A stretch of DNA of 64,000 nt from Octopus sinensis (lineage: Eukaryota): positions 38,998,001 to 39,062,000 of the forward strand of contig NC_043015.1 in the NCBI RefSeq assembly GCF_006345805.1, read 5' to 3'. Position 1 is the stretch's first letter. Each line of letters begins with the position of its first letter. The translations under genes and the position numbers were made by a program. The notes under the pieces are model-generated. The model saw only the letters and a list, made by a program, of their open reading frames with translations, had not been told where the DNA came from and made no database searches. Shown in pieces: positions 11,909-24,310 of this stretch.

Positions 11909-11975
11909 AATAGTCCGATCTACCAATCTAGGTGAACGAAGGAAGTGAAATACTGAAGAACAAAAGGATTTCATC

Positions 11976-12231
11976 CCCGTGCCGGTGGCACGTAAAAAGC
12001 ACCATCTGATCGTGGCCGTTTGCCAGCCTCGTCTGGTACCTGTGCAGGTGGCACATAAAAAGCACCCACTACACTCACGGAGTGGTTTGCGTTAGGAAGG
12101 GCATCCAGCTGTAGAAACACTGCTAGATCAGATTGGAGCCTGGCGCAGCCTTCTGGCTTCCCAGACCCCGGTTGAACCGTCCAACCCATGCTAGCATGGA
12201 AAATGGACGTTAAACGATGATGATGATGATG
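11976..12231 (+). mobile_element. RTE 3'-end element family C, (GAT)n tail
   Basis: GTTAGGAAGGGCATCCAGCTGTAG...AACCCATGCTAGCATGG...GATGATGAT, homologous to the 3' UTR of the LINE at 43459. Confidence 0.9.
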
Positions 12232-12345
12232 AGTAAAGTGGGGTGGTTTCTTGAAACTAGGAAACTGCATTAGAACTTTGAAATGACAACTGAATAATTC
12301 TTGTAGCACTGATTAAACAATATTTTTAGTGGAAAAAATACTTAC

Positions 12346-12462
12346 TTGAGATCGAAGAATTCCTTGAGAGCAGACAGGGCAAATTGGATGACCACGGTTA
12401 AAAGCTAAAGGCATCTTTCTGACTGTAGCAGCACAAACGGTGTCATCACATTTCATGTAACC
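12346..12462 (-). CDS. POLA1: POLA1 exon 37 (GYMKCDDTVCAATVRKMPLAFNRGHPICPVCSQGILRSQ)
   Basis: CysB Cx4C...CPxC motif. Confidence 0.96.
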
Positions 12463-12569
12463 CTAGCAACAGAAATCAATTGGTTTCAGCTGATTCCATG
12501 CAATCGTATCGAATAATAAATGGCAATGAGAGAAGCACAAACAAATATTCCATAACAGCGAGGAAGGCA

Positions 12570-12960
12570 AGGGGCCATGCGGTAAGAAATTTGCTTCCCG
12601 ACCACATCGTTCTGGGTTCAGTCCCACAGCACAGCACCATGGGCAAGTGTCTTCTACTATAGCCTTGGGCTGACCAAAGCCTTGTGAGTGGATTTGGTAG
12701 ACGGAAACTGAAAGAAGCCTGTCATATTTATGCATGAGTATGTGTGTGCGTGTGTGTCTGTGCTTTTCCCCCACCACCACTTGACAACCAGTGTTGGTGT
12801 GTTTATATCCCTTAACTCAGCAGTTCAGCAAAAGAGACTGATAGAATAAGTACTAGGCTTTACAAAAATCAAATACTGTGGTCAATTCATTCAACTAAAA
12901 GTCTTCAAGGTGGTGCCCCAGCATGGCCACAGTCCAATGACTGAAACAAATAAAAGAATC
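12570..12960 (+). mobile_element. SINE family B, older copy
   Basis: Diverged head, core and tail. Confidence 0.85.
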
Positions 12961-13314
12961 CTCTCCACACCATCAAACCTTTATGGATTTCCCCTGTGTT
13001 ATTCCACAATGCTAAAGACTGACCGACTGGAATACAGAATTTTTCTCCATCACTGAATTCTACCCATGAACAAAATTTGCATCTTGTTTTAGTATAAACC
13101 TCACAAAGATGGAGATCAAAGAAGTTATGGTAAGAAACAGTGCCAAAAGTCAGGATGTTGGGCTTCTCAGAGGAGAGTGACACAAGAAATGTAAAGACGT
13201 TTGCAGTGTTGTGGACATGTCCAGCCCAAGGAAGGATTTTAAATTACAGCCACACAAACAGAGTTGACTTTCAAAACAACCTTGATTCTCGGTTCCAAGA
13301 ATGGTTCTACTCAC

Positions 13315-13437
13315 TTTATAATACTCTTTGATGTGTTTTCTGATGCTAATGAGGAGCTGATTGTTTATTTGGTTGACATAGGATCTCGGTGCCGTATTAC
13401 AGGATTCATTGGGGCAGCGGTCAAAACTGAAGTCTTT
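13315..13437 (-). CDS. POLA1: POLA1 exon 36 (KDFSFDRCPNESCNTAPRSYVNQINNQLLISIRKHIKEYYK)
   Basis: RC.N..C (second half of CysA) and IR..IK.YY. Confidence 0.95.
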
Positions 13438-14198
13438 CTGAAGAATTGGAAAAAAACAACAAAAGAAAAAAAAAAGTTTTTAAAAATAGAATTCTGAAAG
13501 TTAGAATTACGAAAACTATATATTTTCATACAACTTGTATTCTGTCAACTTAATGTGACAGTCCCATGAAGGGGATCATACCACTGCTATTTAGCCCTAG
13601 GAAGCATCAACGCTTCCTGTTGGCCTTCACACATTTCCAGTGTCCTTATGTTTACAAGGGGGAGACTTAATGTAGAGTTGGAAACAATTGAGTCGGAGTC
13701 GGTAAAACTATACTGACTCTGACTCCCAATATCTTAATTCTTTAATATAAACCTGTTATAACATATAGACCGACTCAGAGTACAAGCATATACATATGCC
13801 TTATATGTCGACCACAATCACTTTATTACATAAAGACAAGTTGGAGTGGGAGGTGCGAATAGAAGAGTTGGAGTCAAAGTTTTTTGTTTCTACTCCAAAG
13901 TCATGGTTACAAGCCAAGGTAAACAGTGACAATTGAACTCCTTCACTCTCAACTTATGTAAACCATTACATAAAATAATTGTAAAAAATAGGAAACGATG
14001 CTTTTAAATCTGTTGTTTCATCACTTTATATTGAATGGGTGAGTTGTTATACAAAGGTGGTCCCATCTATGGTGAGGTCAGGGCCTTACACATCTAGAAA
14101 CAACATAAATATTAACAATTTGGTGACTGAGATTGTGGTTTAGCTTGAAAGGAAATCTGAATAAATTATAAGAAAGGAGAAGACAAAATGTAACTCAC

Positions 14199-14356
14199 AT
14201 CACCAATAGTAATGGAAGTGCTACAGCTGGGACATTTCACCACAAATTTCTCACAATCTTTGTAACGTTCTTCCGCTGACAACTTCAATCCAAGCAATGG
14301 GTCGTCAGCCTCCTGCTCATGATAAACTGTTCGTCGATAGTTCTCTGGGTTCAATC
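14199..14356 (-). CDS. POLA1: POLA1 exon 35 (GLNPENYRR...LSAEERYKDCEKFVVKCPSCSTSITIGD)
   Basis: EE.Y.DCE.F...CP.C (first half of CysA). Confidence 0.96.
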
Positions 14357-14674
14357 CTAAGTGAAAGAATGGTTATACTGAAAGAATTACTTCTAATGTT
14401 GCAACATGCAACAACAAGCATTGTCTTGTGTTCTTGTACAAGGATCATAATTTAGTGTGCCATAGTGTGATAGCCTCTGTGTGTGTGTGTGTGACCGTGT
14501 GTGTATCGTTGGCGATTTTCTTTCCCTGTCTTCCCTTCCTTGGACCTTTCCGACGAAGGGCTCCGCTCAAAACGTTAATTCCTCCTTTCTTTCGTTTCCT
14601 GAGCGTCCAATAACATTGTACTTGTTCCACATCCTCGCATTGTTGTGTTTTCTCTTTGTTCATGTTTGGATTAA

Positions 14675-14732
<58 letters not shown>

Positions 14733-15650
14733 CACACACAACCTATCACACTATATATATATATATATATATATACATTTACGTATTCGTTTTGCAAGAT
14801 TCTTGATGTGAACTCATGTGCTGAAACAGATATTGTTGTATTCAGGGACGGTCATGTTGCCAATTTAGAAAATGAAAACACATACTATATATTCGGTGTT
14901 CACTTGCTTCAGCTTTATTTCATATTAATTGTATTTGTATTAATATAAAATAAAGCTGAAGCAAGTGAACCCCGGATATATAGTGCATGTGCTTTCATTA
15001 GCTAAATTGGCCACATGACCATCCCCAAATACAACAATATATATATATATATCATCATCATCGTTTAACGTCCGCTTTATATATATATATATAATATCAA
15101 TGTCATATACTGTATGCCAGTGAGTAAACACTCCAAAAGTGCAGTATTCTGTCTAAAGGAGACACTTTTACAGATATAGCATATTAGGAAAACACAGCAC
15201 ACCTTAAAACAGATGAAACAGAATTACCCTGGAGTTGTGAATGAGAGCAACAGACATCAATATTTTGCAGTCGTTTCTGCTCTTAGAGTCACAAACTCCT
15301 CCACTTCCCCCCCCCCAAAAAAAAACGTTCATCATAGCTAGCTACAGGTATGTATACAAATAGCATAAAACTCTATTTGCTGATGTGCAAAAGTGTTGCA
15401 CAAGGAAAATAAAATTCAAACTGTGTGTTAGCAGCAGCTTAATAATGGAAACATACATGCAAGCACACACACACACACACACATTCACAATGGTATCATC
15501 AATTAGAAGGACAGTTAGCTTATCAAGTCAGTTACTCCCTCAATATGAAAACAGCCAAATTTCTTGACAATTTCCCTCCAAAAAATAATGTAGAAAGCAA
15601 TAAAATATAAATGTAAAATAACAAAAAAAAAAACGAAAACTGAAGTTTAC

Positions 15651-15749
15651 CAAGACATTGAGCAATCTGGGCAGCATCCGTTCCTTCAATTGGGTCACAG
15701 AGTCGGGTGATGACAGGGTGGACTTGGTGAGCCAGATAATACTGGGTGT
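15651..15749 (-). CDS. POLA1: POLA1 exon 34 ([33 protein letters not shown])
   Basis: DTQYYLA.Q.HPV..R.C.PI conserved. Confidence 0.97.
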
Positions 15750-15844
15750 CTGTCAAATGAAAACCAAATTTTAGTTAAAATAAAAAGATACAATGAACAT
15801 ATCTATTAATTATTGGAATTATTCAAACACAAGCACACAATTGT

Positions 15845-16228
15845 GGCAACTGGCACCCATGCTGGTGGCACGTGAAGACCTTTCGAGCACTGGGCCTCAT
15901 GGAGGCAAAGTGGCTGAGTCCCTTTCAAGTGTTTGGCCCCATGGAGGCATGTCTGGGGCCTTTGGCATTATGTCGTGCTTGAGAAGAAGACCCATCAAAC
16001 CAAATAAAATCACAGTCATGGAAGATACCAGTGTCACGCAAATGGCACCCGTACCGGTGGCACGTAAAAGTACCCATTGCACTCTTGGAGTGGTTGGCAT
16101 TAGGAAGGGCATCCAGCTGCAGAAAACCATCCCAAAATCAGACTGGAGCCCAGCACAGCCTTCCAGCCCAGTCAAACTGTGCAACCCATGCCAGCATGGA
16201 CAATGGATGTTAAATGATGATGATGATG
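15845..16228 (+). mobile_element. RTE 3'-end element family C
   Basis: Same tail as other family C copies. Confidence 0.85.
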
Positions 16229-16756
16229 ACATATTTAAAAGCAAGCATAAAATAATGATGTTGTTTAGCTCCAGGTCAACTCTAATCAAATAAGGCCTTC
16301 CACCCATGACCTCATCTTTTTCCTATGTCTGGACCACATTATCCTACATGTTCCGTTTTCATGAGAGGGAGAGTGTGATTTGATGCTATTTCTAGCAAGT
16401 TAAGTGAATACAGAGAGGCTCCCTTTGAAGCTTATAAAAAATTGATTTTATTAGACCCACTGGTAATTAGACCAGCTGTGCCAGTCTTAATTTAACGAGT
16501 CTAATTCAACCTCCTGATTAGACATTCAAATCTCGTCTATTTGTCTGAGCCTTAGAAAACTCAGAAGAATATTGAACCTTCTTTTGGTAACCAAATCATT
16601 TGTAAAACCAATTCCAAATAATTTGGAAAGCAAAATGTGGACAAAAATAAGGAAAACAACAGAATATGATCAATAGGATGAAATCAAAATTCAGTCTGAG
16701 ATGAAAGGAATAATTCCATAAAGACTTCAATGTTGCCAAAATGATAATTTGCTTAC

Positions 16757-16832
16757 CAAGAGATAGTTTGTCATTTTTCAGTAATTCTTCAGGATGATAA
16801 GCCCTCTGTGGGTAGGAAGCAGTGGAACTGTC
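16757..16832 (-). CDS. POLA1: POLA1 exon 33 (DSSTASYPQRAYHPEELLKNDKLSL)
   Basis: QRAY.PE conserved. Confidence 0.95.
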
Positions 16833-16999
16833 CTGGAAACAATGAAATTAAATTTTAATAAATTGCACAACTTTTCACGAAGGGAAACAATAAATTTTTA
16901 GTCAGTAAACTTGATTGTAAAACCAGCAAGTTTTATGTTTATGATGATGATGATGATGATGATTCTGCAAATTAAAGGCCTAAATTTTGTGATTAAGTC

Positions 17000-17385
17000 G
17001 ATTATTTCGACCCCAGTGTGTAACTGGTACTTAATTTAATCGACCCCGAAAAGATGAAAGGTAAAGTCGACCTCGGTGGAATTTGAACTCAGAACATAGC
17101 AGTAGAAGAAATACCACTAAGCATTTCACTCAGCATGCTAACAATTCTGCCAGCTCGTCACCTCAATAATAATAGTTTCAAATTTTTCCACAAGGGCAGC
17201 AATTTTGGGGGGTGGGGATGAGTCGATTACATCCACTCCAGTGCTCAGCGAGAACGTTTTTCATCAACCCTGAAAGGATGAACGGCAAAGCTGACCTCAG
17301 CGGAATTTGAACCCAGAACATAGCAGCAGAGAAAATAGTACAAAGCATTTTGCTTGACATGCTAACGATTCTGCCACCTCACCAC
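17000..17385 (-). mobile_element. Two decayed tandem SINE family A copies
   Basis: GATGAAAGG.AAAG.CGACCTC.G.GGAATTTGAAC cores with CpG decay. Confidence 0.8.
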
Positions 17386-17661
17386 TTTAATAATAATAAT
17401 AATATTCCAAATTAACACAAGGCCAGAGTCTAATCAACAGGACTGATGTTGATACACACCAGACAGTTTAAAACCAGTGGATCAACGAATCACTACTACC
17501 ACCACCACCACCACCACCACCACCACCACCACTACTACTACTATCAAAACCATTTTGTAATAATGAGACTCAGTTCCTGAATAGAGACCCCAAAGAATAC
17601 CAATGACCCAGTGGCATTGATTCTATCATAACGGTAATGGAAGTGCTGTTAATAAACTTAC

Positions 17662-17793
17662 CTGACAGATAACGTAAGGGACAGTGTCACCTGCCCTCAG
17701 TTTCTTCCCACCTTTGCTATTCATTCGAATGGCTACCAGCACATGCGATTGGTTTTTCTTGTCTGGATAATCTTCTGGATTTTTAGTGAGTTG
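17662..17793 (-). CDS. POLA1: POLA1 exon 32 (QLTKNPEDYPDKKNQSHVLVAIRMNSKGGKKLRAGDTVPYVICQ)
   Basis: LTK.P.DYPDKK...HV.VA...AGDTV.YVICQ conserved. Confidence 0.97.
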
Positions 17794-17849
17794 CTGCGAT
17801 AGAAAAAGTTTGGAGTCAACAGGAGTGAAACAGAGAATACTAACAGGGG

Positions 17850-18560
17850 AAATGCCAATAATGTGTAAATTCTAGGTTGGTGGATTTGGTTATGTTAAGG
17901 ACAAACTTCCACCAGGAGAGATTTTTAATAATAATGAGACCCAACACTTGAAGCAATTTTGAGGGATCTGGTTAAGTGCTGCTCACGATTAAGGGAAGGT
18001 GAGGAGTGATATGAGTAGTGTAGGAGTTCTATTCTATCTGGGGAAAGAAGAGAGGCATATCTCTAGTGGAAGATATTTTCAAGGTCTCCATTCATGGAAT
18101 CTGTGGGTTTGGCATGTAGGGGTTCAGGTTAGGAGTGAATCCTGCAAGGATGAGATATGTAAAGGCAGAATGAAGAATTGTGTCACCTGCATAACTGACT
18201 GTTGGTGGATGTGGTAACAAGGAAGTCCAGAAAGAAGAGGGTGGCACACAAAACTAAGCCCTGGGGTACACCACAGATGGATGGAAAGAACTCTGTCAAC
18301 ACATGCGTCAATAATGTGACGATCTAAAAGGCAGCTGTTGATTCAAGAGATGTGAGATGGTTTGGGCCCACAGGCAAATAGTTTAGAAAGGAGATTCACA
18401 AGCCAAACGAGTTGAAAGTTTTCATGTTGAAGGTGATGGCAATTCAGGAAATTTCCCCAAGACAAGAATCTCTGGTGATGGAGGAGGGGGGGTAGGGCAC
18501 AAGTGGATATGGCTTTATGGAAGTCACATGGGTGATTATTAAGAGTGATGATAATAATTA
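17850..18560 (-). mobile_element. Ancient CR1/L2-like RT remnant
   Basis: CGVPQG and SYAGDT (decayed YADD) motifs in different frames. Confidence 0.5.
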
Positions 18561-18624
18561 TGTAAATATAGACTAACAATAACAATTAGGAAAAATAACG
18601 ATATACACAGTTGTGTGTGTGCGT

Positions 18625-18815
18625 ATCATCCTCCTCCACCTAATTTAACATCCATTTTCCATGCTGGCATGGGTTGGACAGTCGGACAGGAAGAAGCAAG
18701 TCAGAAGACTACACCAAGCTTCATTGTCTGTTTTGGCATGGTTTCAACAGCTGGATGCCCTTCCTAATGCCAACCACTTTACAGAGTGGACTGGGTGCTT
18801 TTTACATAGCACCAG
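18625..18815 (-). mobile_element. RTE 3'-end element family C, decayed
   Basis: CCATGCTGGCATGGGTTGG...GGATGCCCTTCCTAATGCCAACC. Confidence 0.8.
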
Positions 18816-18997
18816 CAGTGAGTAACTTGCAGGACAAGATCCCTCAATTGGGGAAGTGTAGGATTGAGGGACAGAAAAGGTGTCTTGCATTAGAAGAGAG
18901 ACATGGCTTCCTCTGAAGGAGAAGAGAGGAGAGAAAGATATGACAGAAAGAGGAGACACACATATACTTCTACATAACATGTCGTACATACCTGAAT

Positions 18998-19315
18998 CAT
19001 CATCATCATCATTTCACATCCGCTTTCGATGCTAGCATGGGTTGGACGATTTTGACTGAGGTCTGGTGAACCAGATGGCTGCACCAGGCTCCAATCTTGA
19101 TCTGGCAGAGTTTCTACAGCTGGATGCCCTTCCTAATGCCAACCACTCCGAGAGTGTAGTGGGTGCTTTTTATGTGCCACCTGCACAGGAGCCAGTCCAG
19201 CCGCACAGGCAACGACGTCACTCAAATGTTTTTTCACGTGCCACCAGCACAGGTGCCAGTAAGGCAACGCAGGTAACAATCACGCTCGAATGGTGTTTTT
19301 TACGTGCCATATCGT
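18998..19315 (-). mobile_element. RTE 3'-end element family C inside an inverted repeat
   Basis: CATCAT tail plus three internal units. Confidence 0.9.
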
Positions 19316-19632
19316 ATGCTATATACACTTAAACCACATTTATATAAATATAAAGTAAGAGTATATGTGTGTCTCCTCTTTCTGTCATATCTACATCTTC
19401 TTTCTCTCCTCTCTTACCCATCTGAGGGGAACCATGTGTCTCTTCTAATGCAAGACACCTTTTCTGTCCCTCAGTACCAGACTTCCCCAATTGAGGGATC
19501 CTGTCATGCAAGATACTTAGTGACCTCACACCTAGATAAAATGTTGTACATCCACAAATCATATCATAAGTACTTAAATCATGTCTTATATGCATAAATC
19601 AGCATCAGATATTGTATGGGAATCAGACCAAC

Positions 19633-19765
19633 CTTTGTAATAATAAACATTTCAATCGGATACTCATTTTTGTTGACTTTTTCACTAATTTTGGACAGTT
19701 CCATGTGAATATTTTCAAGAATTGTATCTTGGTTCTTGCCTGATAAGATTTCCGTTACAGCAAAA
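19633..19765 (-). CDS. POLA1: POLA1 exon 31 (NFAVTEILSGKNQDTILENIH...FIITK)
   Basis: ILS....DTI.ENI conserved; GTTGGT donor. Confidence 0.95.
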
Positions 19766-20219
19766 CTATTGAAAAAATAAATTTTCAAAAAGTTGAGTTT
19801 TAAGGGTTAAAAAGGACAAAAAAGAAAAACAAAAACAAACTAACTTAGAATCCAAAATTGCTTAAAATTTTCCCCCACAAAATCAATCAACAAATCTCAT
19901 TCACTTCCATTAATTCCACTCGTTATTTCGTTATTTACTAACGATGCTTTTGAATCATTTACTTTTTTAAGTTCCACTGGTTATGACAGCATTTATAAAA
20001 CATGAACGGTGAAAAGACATGGATAGGATTAATGAGAAACACTAGAATTGACAGGTTGTCAAGAAAATAAAAAGAGAAAGAGGAGACTAAGAGAACTAGT
20101 TGGGATGCCAAAAGATGAGGAATTCTTTGGAAAACATCCATCTCTATTTTGTGAAAGAATTAGAACTCAAAAGACTACACAAACAGTTTCTAGAACAAAT
20201 GAAAGAGGATCAGCTGTCT

Positions 20220-20450
20220 TGATGTTCCCGTTTGTTGGTTCTAAATAGGTCTTCAATAACACCAAGGTAAATGTAGTGCTAAAGTCTTCAGAGATGCGCG
20301 AAGCCAAGGCACAATATTTCAAAACTCTCAAATTAGATATGTACCATCAATTAAAATGTGCTGTCACCATCTGTAAAAGTTCCTGTAAGGAAAGGTGTCA
20401 AACAAGGAGATACTATCTCTCTATAGCACTTTATTGCGTGTCTTAGAATG
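20220..20450 (+). mobile_element. Degenerate RTE-like RT remnant
   Basis: VRKGVKQGDTIS resembles KGVRQGDTISP. Confidence 0.6.
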
Positions 20451-20622
20451 GTTGTCAGAAATAATTATTATACTAATTGGAATGGTAGTATCAACATCAA
20501 CAGCAAGCTACTATCACACAAATTTGAACATATGCTCTTCACAGAAACCTCAGATCGGTCATGGATCATGGAAGACAATGTTGGACACCCAAGAAATTGA
20601 ACCCCATTTTAAGATTACTTAC

Positions 20623-20828
20623 TTTCCGGTCTCTTTGGCCAAATCACACCAATCACGCCGGACAATATCAAGTCCTTTCAATTCTTTTATCTCAATTATT
20701 TTGCCATCAGAATTCTTCTGAAGATTTATCGCAGCGTACTTCTTCTTTTTCAAAAGTAACATTGATTTAAATATGCCATCAATATCGATCTCGAGTAGTC
20801 GAAATAATTTATTGATTTCTGTCTTGAT
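20623..20828 (-). CDS. POLA1: POLA1 exon 30 ([18 protein letters not shown]...[10 protein letters not shown]...[18 protein letters not shown])
   Basis: KKKKYAA and [11 protein letters not shown] conserved. Confidence 0.98.
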
Positions 20829-20960
20829 CTGCGGAAAATAAAAATAAAGTCATTTTCAGTTTACGACAGACATATTCTGTAGACCCATACACGTGGCAGT
20901 CGCTGCCTGCAACTCTCAGAGTGGAAGACGAAACATCAATCATTAACGGGAGGGTTTCTT

Positions 20961-21305
20961 TAGTCTTTACTTGTTTCAGTCATCAGACTGTGGCCATGCT
21001 GGAGCACTACCTTGAAGAATTTTTAGTCAAATGAATCAACCCCAACCACTTTTTCTTAAGCCTCGTACTTATTCTATCTGTCTCTTTCGCTGCACCGCTA
21101 AGTTACAAGGAGTGTAACTTCGTGGTTACTGATTGCCAAGAAGTAAGGGGTGGGGATACAAACACAGACCCACATACATATATGACAGGTTGCTTTCAGT
21201 TTCTGTCTACCAAATCCATTCACGAGGCCTTGGTTGCCCTAAGACTATAGGAGAAATTTGCCCAAGGTGCCATGTAGTGGGACTAAACCCAGAACCATGT
21301 AGTTG
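20961..21305 (-). mobile_element. SINE family B, decayed copy
   Basis: Recognisable tail and core. Confidence 0.8.
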
Positions 21306-21862
21306 GGAGTCCTTAATCCCTGGACTTCCATTCCCCTCCCTCAAATAGGAACGAAGAGGTTGGAACTGGAGAAGGGGTTCCAGGAGTTGAAGTGACTGAC
21401 AGAACAGAAATCACAGGTTGTTTATGGCAGAAATGTGTTTTTTTTTTGTCATCATGTTTGCCAGGAGTAACTGAGAAGTGTTTAATGCAGAAAATAAAGT
21501 TAGTTTTTACTTTTTTGTTTTGAAATATCATCATTATTGTATTTTAATAAATAGAGTTAAGTTTTACTATTTTCAGCAATAAATTTAAATACTTTAAACA
21601 CTACAGAAAATAAATAATAATAATCAAAATTTTAGGATATAATTCTATTATTTTTTAAAGATAGACTATGCTATATTTGATGGCCCAACCATTTGTGGAT
21701 CAAACTTCTGCAAAATTAAACTCTCTCAAATACCATCTGATATATTTATGCTCTGCTTCCATTAACAATAAGTTACTGATCATAATTAGTTAATGGTAAG
21801 CCACTAAAGTCAGGAGTGGAATATTATAATGGATCACTTGAAAAATAATGGTCAAAACTTAC

Positions 21863-21955
21863 CGTGTTCCCCATTTTGTAGGATTCGTTATAATCTGAAG
21901 AATTTGTTTTAATCATAATAGAATCAGTGTCACCATATATAACTTCGAAATTCAT
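21863..21955 (-). CDS. POLA1: POLA1 exon 29 ([31 protein letters not shown]), motif C
   Basis: Catalytic YGDTDS motif. Confidence 0.98.
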
Positions 21956-22755
21956 CTGGAAATAGAAGAACAATAATCAGGGATTTTGTCATAAATTTGT
22001 TGCAGGAAAATATACAAGAGTAAGGGAACAGTTAAAGGTAGAGTTGTAGATGAATGAAGTATTTAACAGCGATTTGATAATATTGAACAAAACAGACTGA
22101 AATGATGTATAAGTGAGATGTGTGGATAGGAATGGATAAAAACTGCAGACAAGACCAAATCATCAACAAAAATATATGAAAATAGGAATGGAAGTGATGA
22201 CAGACAAGAACAAATTTATTCATCTGTGAATATTTCAAGAAGGATTTTTAAATATGTAAGAATGAGGGAAATAACTATAAAAGAGAAGAGTATTTAAATT
22301 ATGTGATCTGGGATATATTTCACAGGGGAACCAAAAAAGTTCAATTAGCCAACGCGAACACTGCTGCTGTTACAGAAACCACTTCAGCGATATTACTTAA
22401 GGGGAGATAATCCAGTTCGAGACTTTTAATCAGCATTTAGAATTTGAGAGTCAAACTTGTAAACTACAAAATATTTGAATATTTGCTTTTGAATTTCGAA
22501 ATAGAATTTTAAAATATGAATTATACGGTGTACATTGTTTCTGAATGAAGAAGTCAATAAAAATGTAGGGTTTATTTCAATGCACAAATGTACAGAGTTT
22601 GAATATTCTGTATCACAGAATAACAAAACACTCTGACAGATGTTTGGTGAAGAATTTTCTAAAATTAATTATTTATAGCCAGTGACAATCAAAGTACATA
22701 ACATCAGTAACACCACAGGATTAAAAAATGGTAATTTGTTGATAATTAGATTTAC

Positions 22756-22788
22756 CTTTTCAACAGAGTTTTTGGTTTTCATCAGAAT
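22756..22788 (-). CDS. POLA1: POLA1 exon 28 (ILMKTKNSVEK)
   Basis: 33-nt exon resembling human ILMHTKEMVQK; CAG/GTAAAT sites. Confidence 0.94.
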
Positions 22789-22905
22789 CTGGAATTCAAA
22801 AAATATAAAATGATGGTGAATTACTGATACACCAGTTATTATATAGTGGTAAAATAAACAATAAACCAATATATTTTATTTGATTTTACTAATAAAAAAT
22901 AATTA

Positions 22906-23130
<225 letters not shown>

Positions 23131-23463
23131 TTAATATATTGTGTTCCCCATGGGACATATTTTTAATAAAGTAACTTAGGGTATTGATAATTAAGTGTTA
23201 CTGTTGATGAGAGGATAGAAATCATTTAGAGAAAAAGAGCTTCTTTTATAAATTCTGGTCAATTAGCAAATATTTGTTTTTTCTCATATATATATAAAAG
23301 TCCTTTTCATTCTTATGTGAAAATAAAAACAAAGGCTGACATTTAAAGATGATCTGGAAGCTGCTTCTTCAGGTTTTGACTCCACAGCAAAGAATTCTCT
23401 CTTCCCAAACACCTTGAAGAATGCCAGTTTTTTTGACTTTGAATTACTTCATTACCAAATGTT

Positions 23464-23692
23464 TTAACCCTTTAGTGTTCACATTATTCTGCCAAAATTA
23501 ATCCCTTTTTATCCTCATTGTTTTGAACTAATCATGCATTATCTTGTAGCTATGAGATTTTGATGAGGAAGCTGTTAATTTTTAAAATGATATTGTAGGG
23601 TTGGTGTGAGAGACCAGATCTGGCCAGTTTGAACATAAAACAGGCAGAATACTTTTGGCTGGATATGGCTGGTTTAAATGACAAAGGGTTAA
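23464..23692. mobile_element. TTAA-flanked MITE, same family as 11478
   Basis: TTAACCCTTTAG...AAAGGGTTAA. Confidence 0.8.
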
Positions 23693-23922
23693 AGTTTGTT
23701 TCTGTCACTCCAAGTTTATCCCTTGAGTGCCAGAAAGTCTTTCTTACGGTCAGAAACAGGACCCAAGGGAGCAAGACCAACAAGTTAACGTAAGCAATAT
23801 TTGAACTCCGGATGCAGAGGAACGTAACTAAAACATTGCAAAGCTTTTAGTCCTCCACTTCCATCCACACCCCACATGTCTGGTATTCTACTGCTTTGAT
23901 AATGTAGAAATAATGTTCTTAC

Positions 23923-24075
23923 CTGCATCATCTGGTCCGTACTGAGATTGGGACTTTTCATTAAGCCTTTCACCTGCTGTCTACTTTCAACAAGTTTTCG
24001 AATTTCTGTTGGTAAAATCCCAGCTTCCAAGCCAGGTTCTGGCAGTTCTACAGTTCTATCTTCACTATCATTACT
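23923..24075 (-). CDS. POLA1: POLA1 exon 26 (SNDSEDRTVELPEPGLEAGILPTEIRKLVESRQQVK...MMQ)
   Basis: GILP.EIRKLVE.R.QVK conserved. Confidence 0.97.
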
Positions 24076-24203
24076 CTGAAGTGAGAATTCACATTTGAAA
24101 TATACAAATTATTTGTGTGTGTTTATGTGTCAAAGGGAGTATAAATACACAGAAAAAAAAAAGCATCAAATATCCGCAAGCAAAAGAACAAAGCTATACT
24201 AAC

Positions 24204-24310
24204 AGAAGATGTTTCATGAGAGACTGTGGTAAAACAAATGTTGTATTCCTGGATAATTGACGGATACAGACTGTTGAAATCAAGCAACAAGATATGTTTA
24301 TCATAGAAAC
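24204..24310 (-). CDS. POLA1: POLA1 exon 25 ([36 protein letters not shown]), motif A
   Basis: Catalytic DFNSLYPS motif; GTTAGT donor. Confidence 0.98.
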
